The notes beneath the pieces were generated by a model that ran no database searches, was not told the origin of the DNA, and worked only from the letters and a program-made list of their open reading frames with translations. 64,000 bases of DNA from an uncultured Bifidobacteriaceae bacterium. Its GTDB lineage: Bacteria > Bacteroidota > Bacteroidia > Chitinophagales > UBA10324. Positions 46,744-57,200 of the stretch are shown one piece after another. The stretch's first letter is position 1. Each line of letters starts with the position of its first letter. A program made the translations under genes and the position numbers. The DNA lies in assembly GCA_964640655.1 (NCBI GenBank), contig CAZXFT010000006.1, forward strand, positions 73,686 to 137,685, written 5' to 3'.

Positions 46744-47310
46744 TTGCAATCAATAATTCAACACTTGTCAGACAAAACTATTCAACAATATCAAGAGGCA
46801 GTTGCCAAAGCGCGCAACTTATTTGAAAAAAAGACAAAAGATTATGGCACATCGTGGCGCATTCTCCGTTTGCCATCTCTCACCGATCAGATTTTTATTA
46901 AAGCTCAGCGCATTCGCACCATTGATTTGAAAGGGCAACAAAAAATTGAGGATAACATAGAAAGTGAGTTCATTGGAATATTGAACTATAGTATTCTTGC
47001 CCTTATTCAAATAGAACTGAACGACGATAGTGGCAAGGAAATTGACTACGCGACGGCCATTCTGCTTTATGATAAAAAATGGAATGAAGCGATGCAACTG
47101 ATGCTACTGAAGAATCATGATTATGGCGAAGCCTGGCGCGACATGCGTGTAAGCAGTTTTACCGATTTAATTCTTATGCGCATCCTCCGCATCAGACAAA
47201 TCGAAGACAACGAGGGAAACACCATTGTCAGCGAGGGCATAGATGCCAACTTATTTGACATCATCAACTACTCTATTTTTGCATTGATAAAAATCTCTGA
47301 AAACAAATGA
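46744..47310 (+). CDS. DUF1599 domain protein (internally duplicated)
   Basis: Two copies of the same module: KTKDYGTSWRILRLPSLTDQIFIKAQRIR and KNHDYGEAWRDMRVSSFTDLILMRILRIR. Only TTG starts are available (46744 or 46765). It is divergent from folP. Confidence 0.7.
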   Translation: MQSIIQHLSDKTIQQYQEAVAKARNLFEKKTKDYGTSWRILRLPSLTDQIFIKAQRIRTIDLKGQQKIEDNIESEFIGILNYSILALIQIELNDDSGKEIDYATAILLYDKKWNEAMQLMLLKNHDYGEAWRDMRVSSFTDLILMRILRIRQIEDNEGNTIVSEGIDANLFDIINYSIFALIKISENK

Positions 47311-48440
47311 AATACTTTATCTGGTTTTGTCGCATCTTAATTGGTGTGTTGTTTATTTTCTCCGGTTATGTGAAAGCAGTTGACCCTATAGGTATGCAAT
47401 ACAAACTCGAAGAATACTTCGAGGTATTTCATATGGACTTTTTTATTCCATATGCCCTATACTTCTCCATTCTTTTGAATGCCTTAGAAATTGTACTTGG
47501 TGTGTTTACCATATTTGGTGTTAGAATGGTGCAAACCGCGTGGCTGCTCGTTCTCATCATTGTATTTTTTTTATTCTTAACCGGCTACTCGGCTGTTACC
47601 AATAAGATTACCGACTGCGGTTGTTTTGGTGATGCCATCAAACTATCGACCTGGGCTACCTTCTACAAGAATATCATCTTCCTCGGCTTGATCATTCCCA
47701 TTTTTATGTGGCGCAACAGAATTGAACCGTTGTTCGGTAAATTGCTAAGTAATATAATTTACTATGGTTCCATAATAACCTTTCTCGGCTTGCAGTGGTA
47801 TTGCCTGGAACACTTGCCTATCATTGATTTCAGGCCATACAAAGTAGGAAATGATATTCGTGAGCAAATGAGTATCCCTCCCGGAGCACCACGCGACAGT
47901 GTGGTTACCAAACTTATTTATAAGGACAAACGAAATGGAAAAGAGCAAGCCTTCCTGATGAATGAATTGCCTTGGGCTGATAGTATATGGATGTCTAACA
48001 ATGAATTTGTGAAACAGGAGAATCAGGTAGTTCGTGAAGGCTATCAACCTAAAATTAAAGATTTTAAAGTTTGGGATGAAGACAACAACGACTTAACATC
48101 CCTATTACTTGATTCCAATAAATATCAAATATGGATTGTGGCTTACGATATCTCTAAGACCGACATTAAAGGCATTGAACTAATTGCCCAACAGACTGCA
48201 GCATACGAACAGGCAGGTGCTAAGGTATTAGGATTGTCAGCTTCATCTTACACTGAGATTGAAGACCTTCGACACAGTACCAATTCCGCATATCCTTTTT
48301 ACTATGCCGATGGTACTGTTCTTAAAACAATTGTACGCGCTAACCCCGGCATTGTATTATTGAACGGCTCCAAGGTGCTGGCTATGTGGCATTATAATGA
48401 TACACCCACCGCAGAAGAGGTGAAGAAATATCTGAAATAA
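47307..48440 (+). CDS. DoxX-like membrane protein fused to a thioredoxin-fold-like C-terminal domain
   Basis: DoxX-like N-terminus RILIGVLFIFSGYVKAVDPIG with a DCGCFGD motif, then a soluble C-terminal half of about 200 aa. ATGA overlap with the DUF1599 stop. Confidence 0.6.
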   Translation: MKYFIWFCRILIGVLFIFSGYVKAVDPIGMQYKLEEYFEVFHMDFFIPYALYFSILLNALEIVLGVFTIFGVRMVQTAWLLVLIIVFFLFLTGYSAVTNKITDCGCFGDAIKLSTWATFYKNIIFLGLIIPIFMWRNRIEPLFGKLLSNIIYYGSIITFLGLQWYCLEHLPIIDFRPYKVGNDIREQMSIPPGAPRDSVVTKLIYKDKRNGKEQAFLMNELPWADSIWMSNNEFVKQENQVVREGYQPKIKDFKVWDEDNNDLTSLLLDSNKYQIWIVAYDISKTDIKGIELIAQQTAAYEQAGAKVLGLSASSYTEIEDLRHSTNSAYPFYYADGTVLKTIVRANPGIVLLNGSKVLAMWHYNDTPTAEEVKKYLK

Positions 48441-48459
48441 TCTGCAGTGCTCTGTGCAT

Positions 48460-48480
48460 TTTCGTTTCACATAAACGAAA
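48460..48480 (+). promoter_or_regulatory. stem-loop abutting the GTG start of the ABC permease
   Basis: TTTCGTTT-cacat-AAACGAAA: a perfect 8-bp stem with a 5-nt loop. It ends 1 nt before GTG 48482, and no U-run follows. Confidence 0.3.
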
Positions 48481-48481
48481 C

Positions 48482-49543
48482 GTGTTCCGGTATATCAGCA
48501 AACAGTTACTTTATGCACTAAGCGTACTAGCCGGTGTGGTGGTTACCGTGTTTATTTTATTTCAGGGCTTACCAGGCGATCCAGCCCGTCTCACTATGGG
48601 GCAACGCACCGATGCAGCTACACTTGAAAATGTTAATCGTGAACTGGGATTAGATAAACCCAAATGGAAACAGTTGTTATACTACGTCAATGATGTTTCA
48701 CCCATCAGCATACACGAAAACAGTACTTACAACAAAAACAAATTTCAGTTCATTGAATTGATTTCAGGCACATCACACGTTGTTGTTTTTAAAAACCCTT
48801 ATCTGAGGTATTCTTATCAATTGCAAAAGCCTGTTGCCGATATGTTGATGCAGGCATTACCTAACACCATCATACTTGCTTTGCTGGCCATTCTTTTTGC
48901 TTCTCTTATTGGCATTATCCTGGGCACATTTGCAGCTCTGAATCAAAACACCATCATAGACCGGGTGTTAGTAATTATCAGTGTTTCCGGAATTTCTTTT
49001 CCTTCGTTTTTCTCAGCCATTTTGTTTCAATGGTTATTTGCTTATGTTTTAGCCTCACTCACTCATCTGCCAATGACCGGAAGCCTCTATGAATATGATT
49101 TAGACGGTGTGGCCCATTTGAAATTAACAAACTGTTTGCTGCCAGTATTTACATTAGGCATAAGACCACTTGCTGTTTTTACTCAACTCACACGAAGTGC
49201 AATGCTCGATGTATTAAGTATGGATTTTATACGCACTGCACGGGCTAAAGGATTGCCTAAATGGAAAATTGTTTGGAAGCATGCCTTACGTAATGCTCTG
49301 AATCCGGTTGTTACAGCCATATCAGGCTGGTTTGCCGAAATGTTGGCTGGTGCATTCTTCATTGAGTTAGTGTTTAGCTGGAATGGACTAGGAAAGATGA
49401 CTGTTGATGCATTGAATAAAAATGACTTTCCTGTGGTTATGGGAGCGGTGCTCTTAGCCTCTACTGTATTTGTAGTGGTGAATCTATTAACCGATATTGT
49501 ATACGGAATCATTGATCCGCGAATACGAGCAGCGCAGTCTTAG
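48482..49543 (+). CDS. ABC transporter permease (DppB/OppB peptide-type), orphan
   Basis: GTG start, [16 protein letters not shown], and the EAA-type loop [26 protein letters not shown]. No partner permease, ATPase or binding protein is adjacent. Confidence 0.8.
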   Translation: MFRYISKQLLYALSVLAGVVVTVFILFQGLPGDPARLTMGQRTDAATLENVNRELGLDKPKWKQLLYYVNDVSPISIHENSTYNKNKFQFIELISGTSHVVVFKNPYLRYSYQLQKPVADMLMQALPNTIILALLAILFASLIGIILGTFAALNQNTIIDRVLVIISVSGISFPSFFSAILFQWLFAYVLASLTHLPMTGSLYEYDLDGVAHLKLTNCLLPVFTLGIRPLAVFTQLTRSAMLDVLSMDFIRTARAKGLPKWKIVWKHALRNALNPVVTAISGWFAEMLAGAFFIELVFSWNGLGKMTVDALNKNDFPVVMGAVLLASTVFVVVNLLTDIVYGIIDPRIRAAQS

Positions 49544-50577
49544 TCGAATAGTGAACCCGAGTTTGGTTTGTTATTTGTTTTTCCAAGATGTTGATATGCT
49601 TTGGCAGTGGCTTCACGTCCACGTGGTGTGCGTTTGATATATCCTTCCTGAATTAAAAAAGGTTCATACACCTCTTCTAAAGTACCCGGTTCCTCTCCTA
49701 CTGATGTAGCAATAGTTGTAATTCCAACAGGGCCTCCATCAAACTTATCAATGATGGTACTCAGGTAGCGATTATCCATTTCATCAAGACCATGTTCATC
49801 CACGTTCAGTGCTTTCAATGCCACGCGTGAGATGTTAATAGAAATTTTACCATCAGCTTTTACCTGAGCAAAATCGCGTACACGACGAAGCAAAGCATTA
49901 GCAATGCGAGGTGTACCTCTGCTGCGGCGAGCTATTTCATGCGCAGCATCGTCAGAAATTGGAGCATTCAAGATGTATGCTGAGCGTTTAATTATCTTTT
50001 TCAAAGTCTCCGCATCGTAGTAGTCCACTCTGGATACAATGCCAAAACGAGAACGTAAAGGAGAGGATAATAAACCACTGCGAGTTGTTGCACCTACGAG
50101 TGTAAAACGATTGAGTTTAAGTTGAATGCTTCGGGCATTAGGGCCATTGTCAAGGATGATGTCAATCTTGAAATCTTCCATAGCGGAATAGAGATATTCC
50201 TCAATGACTGTTCCTAAGCGATGTATTTCATCTATAAACAAAACATCACCTTCATCTAAGCCTGTAAGTAAACCGGCGAGGTCTCCTGGTTTTTCGAGAA
50301 CAGGGCCCGACGTCATTTTCATATTCACTCCCAGCTCGTGAGCAACAATATGTGATAAAGTTGTTTTGCCCAAACCGGGTGGTCCATGCAACAATAGATG
50401 ATCTAAAGGTTCCTGGCGCTGTTTAGCTGCCTGAATAAAAATTTTAAGATTCTCAACTATTCCCGACTGACCGGAGAACTCATCAAACAACTGAGGACGT
50501 AATACTTTCTCTATTTCTCTTTCTGTACTGTTCATTCCGGAATCTTCCGGTTGTAAAAATGAATCACGCATTGACAT
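49540..50577 (-). CDS. ruvB: Holliday junction branch migration helicase RuvB
   Basis: Walker [10 protein letters not shown], Walker [10 protein letters not shown], and [16 protein letters not shown]. Confidence 0.95.
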   Translation of the reverse strand: MSMRDSFLQPEDSGMNSTEREIEKVLRPQLFDEFSGQSGIVENLKIFIQAAKQRQEPLDHLLLHGPPGLGKTTLSHIVAHELGVNMKMTSGPVLEKPGDLAGLLTGLDEGDVLFIDEIHRLGTVIEEYLYSAMEDFKIDIILDNGPNARSIQLKLNRFTLVGATTRSGLLSSPLRSRFGIVSRVDYYDAETLKKIIKRSAYILNAPISDDAAHEIARRSRGTPRIANALLRRVRDFAQVKADGKISINISRVALKALNVDEHGLDEMDNRYLSTIIDKFDGGPVGITTIATSVGEEPGTLEEVYEPFLIQEGYIKRTPRGREATAKAYQHLGKTNNKPNSGSLFD

Positions 50578-50670
50578 AACGCTGTGAAGTTCCGAATTCC
50601 TGAACGGAACAAAAACAAAAAAAGCCCACCACTTGCGCAGTAAGACTTTTATTGTTGCCTCTGGTATAAT

Positions 50671-51009
50671 TTATTTATTGCCGTTCAGTTGTGAGTTGTT
50701 ATAAATGTTCCATTGTTCCTGTGTGAGTACACCCTGTAACTGATTCAGGTAATTAGATCTGATGGTGTTAAGGGCATTGTTCGTCTCAACTTTGTTGGAA
50801 TTACGGTTATTCATAGCCTCATCGAGTTTTACCTCCCGTGTTTGAATAATCTGCTGAACCTGCTGAACTTGAACAGATGTAAGATTGAGTTGTGTCTTCA
50901 TTTGGTTGGTAAGGGCAACATAATTCGATGTTGTAGCATTAGTATTAGACTGTGCAAATACAGAAATACTTATTAAACTGAGTAAGAGAGCTAAAGTGTA
51001 TTTAAACAT
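50671..51009 (-). CDS. small periplasmic protein with LTxxQ-like motifs (Spy/CpxP-like?)
   Basis: Signal peptide (..SVFAQS), a helical Gln/Asn-rich body, LNLTSVQVQQVQQ and VLTQEQW. Confidence 0.4.
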   Translation of the reverse strand: MFKYTLALLLSLISISVFAQSNTNATTSNYVALTNQMKTQLNLTSVQVQQVQQIIQTREVKLDEAMNNRNSNKVETNNALNTIRSNYLNQLQGVLTQEQWNIYNNSQLNGNK

Positions 51010-51146
51010 GGTGTGTTTTTATACCCCTCAACGTGTCAATTTAATGAAGGTTTCAATTTAATATTATTACTGCTTGATGATAATACTAAGTGTAACATTC
51101 TAAAATTGACTAAGTAAAAGCGCTCGAATTACTAAAAAAACACAAA

Positions 51147-54100
51147 ATGAAATCGAGATTGCAATTAACACCCAAAACGACGGTTAAGGTATTTAACCGC
51201 CAACGTTTAATCATTGCAAGTACAGGATTTGCTCTTGCTTTGATGTTAGGTATTGGGGTATTTATGTATGGCAACTTTGGCAACAATACAGAATCATACG
51301 CAGCATTGGGATCCAATATGGGTTTTGAAAATAATACTACGGAATGGACATCTATTGCCGGAACCTGGGCTGTAAATTCAACAGTGAGTGACTGCAGAAG
51401 CGGTACAAAATCAATCAGGTGCTCTGCTACAACTACCGCTGCAAAATATAGAAACACCAATTCTACTATTACCATACCCTCTTCAGGCACCAACTATATC
51501 ACCGTTATTGCCTGGTCAAAAGCAAGCACAGTTAACGGCAGAGCTATGGTAGGTGTATTTAATACAAATAATAGTACAGAAAGCATGCCTTCCACTCTAA
51601 CAACATTAAACACATCCTCGTTTATTCAAATAACCTATACCGTTTTAGCAACTAACGGGCATACTTATATTCCTCAACTTCAGGCATCAACATCTACAAG
51701 TACCGGTAATGTCTTTTTCGATGATGTGATGATCTATACTTCCACCATATCATCTGTAGATGCCACTGCTCCTACTTCAGGCCAAACACTTAATGCAAGT
51801 GCTTCAGGCAATGAGATAACCTTAGGCTGGGCTAATGGTACAGATAACCAAAGCGGAATGGATGGTGTACTGATACTCCGTGCTTCGGGAGTGAATGTGA
51901 CTAACCAAGCAGTAAATAATCAAACGATGTATCATGCTTCATCTTCTACAGTAGGTCCAACAGCTGTTGGAAGTTTTACTGTCGTATATAATGGGCCTGT
52001 TGCTACGTCTACTATGAATAATCCGGGAGCAACCGGCACTTACACCTATCTTGTATATATGCGAGATAAAGCCTATAACTATACAACAACTCCGGCAAGA
52101 ATAATTGTTGTAAACGGCACAAATCTAACGGCGTCATTAACTGCAACCACACAACTAAGCGGATTATACTTGCCAGCAACTTGCACATTAAGTGTCAGCT
52201 CGGCAGCAAGTCCTACAATTTTATCGGGTTCTAATATTAATGTTTATGGCACGATAATAAATGCCGGTAATCTGTTAAACAATCAAGGTGGAACTGTAAA
52301 TATGAAAAATGCAAGTGTTTATAATTACAATAGAGATGGGTCTGTATCCGGCTTTCCTGTTTTAAATGCAGTTTGGGAAACAGGTTCAACATGCTTGATT
52401 AGTGGAGTTAAATTTACCGCACCACAGGGTTTGAACCAAACTTTCCATCACTTTACTTGGAATTGTAATGAACAAACATCGGCGGTTTCGTTACCTAACA
52501 GTTTCAATGTTAATGGTAATATTTCTTTTATTGACTCCGGTCCAGGAAATAGTGTAAGAACCTGTTGGTTGAATGGTACCAATCAGTTTAAAGGAAACAT
52601 CAGTTGCACATCTAACGCAGATGTTTGTACCAACTATGGCAGTAATGTTAAATTAAACGGCACATCACAGCAAACCATAAGCTATAATGTATGGTTTCAA
52701 AATGTAGAGTTTAATAATCCTGCAGGCGTACACTTTACTACAGATATCTGGATGGATTCTCTTGTAGAACTTAAATCCGGAACTGTGACCATGGCTAGTG
52801 GAAAGAAATTTATGACGGAAAGTGGTGGTTCGGTTCAGTTTATGGGGGGAATTATTGGTGTTGCAATAGAACCATGGCCTTATGAGACCAATCCAACTTA
52901 TGACTTAACATATCACAGCGGTGGTACTACTTCATTAGAGTTAACTACATCGACAACATACTTGGGCAGATTAAACATAAACTGTCCCGGACAAGCAATA
53001 ACTCTGGATAAGGATGTACAGGTTAACACTGCCTTAAACATTAACGGAGGTAAACTCATAACAAACGGAAAATTATTATGGGTTAAACCAACAACTGCTG
53101 AAAGCGTAAGCGCAGCAAGCAGCAGTTACATACAAGGTTCATTGCGAAGAAATATTTCAAGCAGCGGAACGATAAGCTATAGTTTTCCTATAGGTAGCTC
53201 CTCTTCTAAACAGGAAGTAATTGTTAAATCATATAGCTTAACAGGAATTACATATCTGACTGCCAGTTTTAATTCAACATTTACAGGTGCACCACCCAAT
53301 CCTAATACCTGTAAGATAAATGGTACACCGGTAACTTCTCTATTAAATAACGGATTCTGGACAGTAGAACCAAATCAACAACCCACATCCGGTAATTATG
53401 AAATAACTCTGAAAGCCGGCGGGTTTACTAACGGTGCAGCCAGCCCATTATACTACGGTATTGTTAAAAGAAATAACAGCAGTGATAACTGGTCCAGCAT
53501 AGGTACTCACGTAAACTCCACTCAATCACTCTCGAATGGAGTAGCATCAGTTACACGAAGTGGTCTAATATCATTTTCTGATTTTGGAGTAGGTTTCGGT
53601 GGAGGAATATTACCTATAACACTGAGCGATTTCTCGGCAGAAAAATATGAGAACGATAAAGTAATGATTCGCTGGGTTACATCAGCAGAATTAAACAATG
53701 CCTATTTTAGTTTAGAGCGCAGTAACAATGGTATTGACTTTGAAATGATCAATGAACAAGAAGGTGCAGGAACCAGTACCATTTCACATGAGTATGAATT
53801 CCTTGACGAGAATCCTCTCATGAGTACAAACTATTACAGACTGAAACAGGTTGACTTTGACGGACAATTTACATATGGCCCAATAAAACAAGTAACACTC
53901 GCACAACGTGGAAGTGAAATACAAAGCACAAATGAGCTGACAATCTTTCCTAACCCCAATAATGGACAATTTTCAATATCAGGAATAAAACCAACGGGTA
54001 GTTCAGAGAAAATAAGAGTGGTGGTGATGGATATTAAGGGAAGTATAGTAACACAAACTGAATTTAATGACGGTGACCCAGTCAAAATGGATATCAGTGA

Positions 54101-54182
54101 TAGACCACCTGGAACTTATATGGTGCAGATAACAGACACCAATCAAAAAACAATTACGAAACAGATCATCGTTAACAGATAA
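51147..54182 (+). CDS. large T9SS-secreted surface protein, paralog 1
   Basis: Long-n-region signal peptide (..ESYA/ALG). A CBM-like jelly-roll start follows (MGFENNTTEWTSIAGTW), then an FN3-like segment and an Asn/Gly/Thr-rich beta-rich middle. A pre-CTD Ig-like module (MIRWVTSAELNNAYFSLERS) leads into a T9SS type-A sorting domain (LTIFPNPNNGQFSI..GTYMVQITD..TKQIIVNR). Confidence 0.8.
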   Translation: MKSRLQLTPKTTVKVFNRQRLIIASTGFALALMLGIGVFMYGNFGNNTESYAALGSNMGFENNTTEWTSIAGTWAVNSTVSDCRSGTKSIRCSATTTAAKYRNTNSTITIPSSGTNYITVIAWSKASTVNGRAMVGVFNTNNSTESMPSTLTTLNTSSFIQITYTVLATNGHTYIPQLQASTSTSTGNVFFDDVMIYTSTISSVDATAPTSGQTLNASASGNEITLGWANGTDNQSGMDGVLILRASGVNVTNQAVNNQTMYHASSSTVGPTAVGSFTVVYNGPVATSTMNNPGATGTYTYLVYMRDKAYNYTTTPARIIVVNGTNLTASLTATTQLSGLYLPATCTLSVSSAASPTILSGSNINVYGTIINAGNLLNNQGGTVNMKNASVYNYNRDGSVSGFPVLNAVWETGSTCLISGVKFTAPQGLNQTFHHFTWNCNEQTSAVSLPNSFNVNGNISFIDSGPGNSVRTCWLNGTNQFKGNISCTSNADVCTNYGSNVKLNGTSQQTISYNVWFQNVEFNNPAGVHFTTDIWMDSLVELKSGTVTMASGKKFMTESGGSVQFMGGIIGVAIEPWPYETNPTYDLTYHSGGTTSLELTTSTTYLGRLNINCPGQAITLDKDVQVNTALNINGGKLITNGKLLWVKPTTAESVSAASSSYIQGSLRRNISSSGTISYSFPIGSSSSKQEVIVKSYSLTGITYLTASFNSTFTGAPPNPNTCKINGTPVTSLLNNGFWTVEPNQQPTSGNYEITLKAGGFTNGAASPLYYGIVKRNNSSDNWSSIGTHVNSTQSLSNGVASVTRSGLISFSDFGVGFGGGILPITLSDFSAEKYENDKVMIRWVTSAELNNAYFSLERSNNGIDFEMINEQEGAGTSTISHEYEFLDENPLMSTNYYRLKQVDFDGQFTYGPIKQVTLAQRGSEIQSTNELTIFPNPNNGQFSISGIKPTGSSEKIRVVVMDIKGSIVTQTEFNDGDPVKMDISDRPPGTYMVQITDTNQKTITKQIIVNR

Positions 54183-54183
54183 C

Positions 54184-54213
54184 AAAAAAGCGGGGTAATG
54201 TCCCGCTTTTTTT
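54184..54213 (+). terminator. rho-independent terminator after T9SS paralog 1
   Basis: AAAAAA-GCGGG-gtaatgt-CCCGC-TTTTTTT, immediately after the TAA at 54180-54182. Confidence 0.8.
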
Positions 54214-54287
54214 ATTGTATTCTCCTAATTACACCATGAAACATTTTATAATTAATGAGGTAAAAACGCCTCGGTAAAAACATCACC

Positions 54288-57200
54288 ATGAGAAAATTAT
54301 CACCATTTAATCGTGTAACAACAGCAGTAAAGCAACGACAGCGTATAGTTATTCTTTCCACACTGTTGTTAATAATAATTTCCGGAGCGATATTAGTTTA
54401 TTTAAATACAGGAAATCAAAAAGATGCCTATGCTGCATTGGGAAATAACATGGGCTTTGAAAATTATTTAACAGAATGGACCACTATAAATGGTACATGG
54501 AACTCAACATCTGCCGACAAACGAGGAGGAACAAGAGCTGTGCTCTGTTCTGCAAATAGCACCGAAGCAATACTTAGAAATAATAATTCAACAATTACCA
54601 TACCTTCATCCGGCACAAACTATATAACCGTTATTGCATATGCCAAAGCGAGTGCAATAACTGGACGTGCACGCTTAGGAGTGTTTAATACCAATTCATC
54701 TACCGAATCGCTTGCTGCAAGTACAACATCACTTACAACAAGTGGTTACACACAATTAACTTTTAATCTGTTAGCTACAAACGGACATACGTACGTACCT
54801 GTGCTCTGTGCTCAAACAAGCAGCGGTAGTGCTAATATTTACTATGATGATGTTATCATTTACACATCAACAGCAACAACAGCAGACATTACTAATCCGG
54901 TAAAAGGACAATCATTTAACGCTACAACTTCGGGCACTCAGATTAATATGAACTGGACTAATGGTACAGATGCTCAAAGCGGCATAGGTGGTGTTATGGT
55001 GCTACGTACCACCGGATTGACAAGTGCTTCAGCAGCTTTAACAAATCAGCTTACATATCATCCGAGTAACTCATCAATCGGGCCAACCTCAGTTTCAGGA
55101 TTTAATGTAGTTTATAATGGTAGTACAGTTACATCTATTAATAATAACCCGGGTTCTTATAATACTTACACCTATTTAATCTATACTCGAGATCGTGCAT
55201 ACAACTATTCGTCAACTCCTATCAGACTCTATGTCATCAATGGAACTAATTTGTCACAGTCGTTATCTTCTAATATCAGTTTAGATGGCTTATGCATTGC
55301 TTCTACATGCACTTTAAATATTAGTAATAACAGAATTTTAACTTTTGAAAATAATGCACAAGGAAACATATTCGGTTACATTAACAGCACGGGAACAATA
55401 ATTAGTGGTAGTAATGTAAGCATCAATATGAAAAATGGTAGCACCTATGAATACAGCCGCGAAACACAATGGAACGAAACAACTCCTATCCTTCAAGCTA
55501 ATTGGGAATCAGGTTCTACTTGCTTAATTACAGGCTTAAAGGCATATTCTGTTTCCGGATTTGATCAAAACTTTCATCATCTAGTATGGAATTGCTCTTC
55601 ACAGCAATTTAAATTTCAATTTCCTGTTAATAGAACAATAAATGGTAATCTAAACATTCAAAACACATCACCGGGCAATAGTAACCGCAGTTTTTGTTTC
55701 AATGGGGATTGTACCATAAAAGGAAATCTAACTTACAATAACAATACTGCAACAGTTATCTGTAATACAAATAGTAAGATAATAATAAACGGCTCATCAC
55801 AGCAAAGTATTACCGGTAACTTCTTCTTTGAAAATTTACAGGTTGATAATGCCGCCGGTGTATTATTATACGATAACCAAATAATTAACAATACGCTATT
55901 CTTAACTTCAGGTAACCTCAATATGAATAGCAAAACCATTCAAATGGTCAATGGATCGCTTATTACCAGAGACGGAGGTTCTATGTCGAATGGCACTCTG
56001 GATATATATGAAGCATGGAATGCTGCAAACCGTTATAATCTCAGATATACTGTTGATTGCACATCAGGAGTTGAGTTGATTTCTTCAAGCACACGATTAA
56101 ACAATCTAACTATTGATGTGCCTAACAATGGCGCAGTTACATTAAACAAACACGCTGTAGTTAACGGAACACTCACATTGACTAATGGCAAAATAGTTAG
56201 CGGCAGTTATGAGGTAAGAGTGATACCTACAACTGCGAACTCTGTTTCTTTTACTTCAAACAGTTTTGTAGAAGGATTCTTGCGCCGCAACATTGTTAAT
56301 GCAGGTAATGTAAACTATGATTTTCCGGTTGGATTTGATGACAAACTGCAATTAACAACTATTACGGCTAAAGCCTTATTGACTACATCAAGTATTGTTG
56401 CCAGTTTTTCACCAAATATAACAGGTGCGGCTCCTGTACCATCTACTTGTAAAATTGGTGCAAGCGGTATTACCACTTTGCTTGATAACGGTATATGGAC
56501 AATTGAACCTAACGTTCAGCCCACAGGAGGCAACTACGACATCACTGTAAAATCACAAGGCTATACCAACGGATACTCCAATCCTATGGGTTACTGTATT
56601 ATCAAGCGGAACAATTCATCCAGTGCATGGCAATCAATTGGTACTCATAGTAACCTCACACAATCCATTGATGCCGGTGTTGTAACTGTTAAACGCTCTT
56701 CCTTGACCAGTTTTTCTGACTTTGGTGTTGGCTTTGGTAGTGGCTATAACTTGCCTATATCCTTAAGTTCTTTTGAAGTTAAGCAACACGAAACCGATAA
56801 AGTGAAAATTACATGGACTACTGCTGCAGAATTAAACAATGCTTACTTCAGCTTAGAGCGCAGTGTAAACGGAACTGATTATGAAATGATAAACGAACAG
56901 GAAGGAGCTGGAACAAGTACGGTTCCGACCAGTTACCAGTATATAGATAAGTTTCCAGTGAGCGGTATAAACTATTATCGTTTAAAACAAGTTGACTTCG
57001 ATGGTACATATACCTATGGCCCTGTTAAACAAATTTCACTTAGTCAATCAGTGAACAACAACAATCCACTTGCTAACCTTTCGGTTTACCCTAATCCTAC
57101 AACAGGAATTGTAAATGTTTCCAATGTTCAGTTAACCCAATCGCCGGTGATAATTAAGGTCTATGACATCGGCGGTCAATTTATTAAGCAACTCACTTAT

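Noticed and set aside
50578-50670. Region after the LTxxQ-like gene, with a T-run (GGGCUUUUUUUG on the minus strand), examined as a terminator.
   Set aside because: I could only build a 4-bp stem with two G-U pairs ahead of the U-run, which is not a credible intrinsic terminator.
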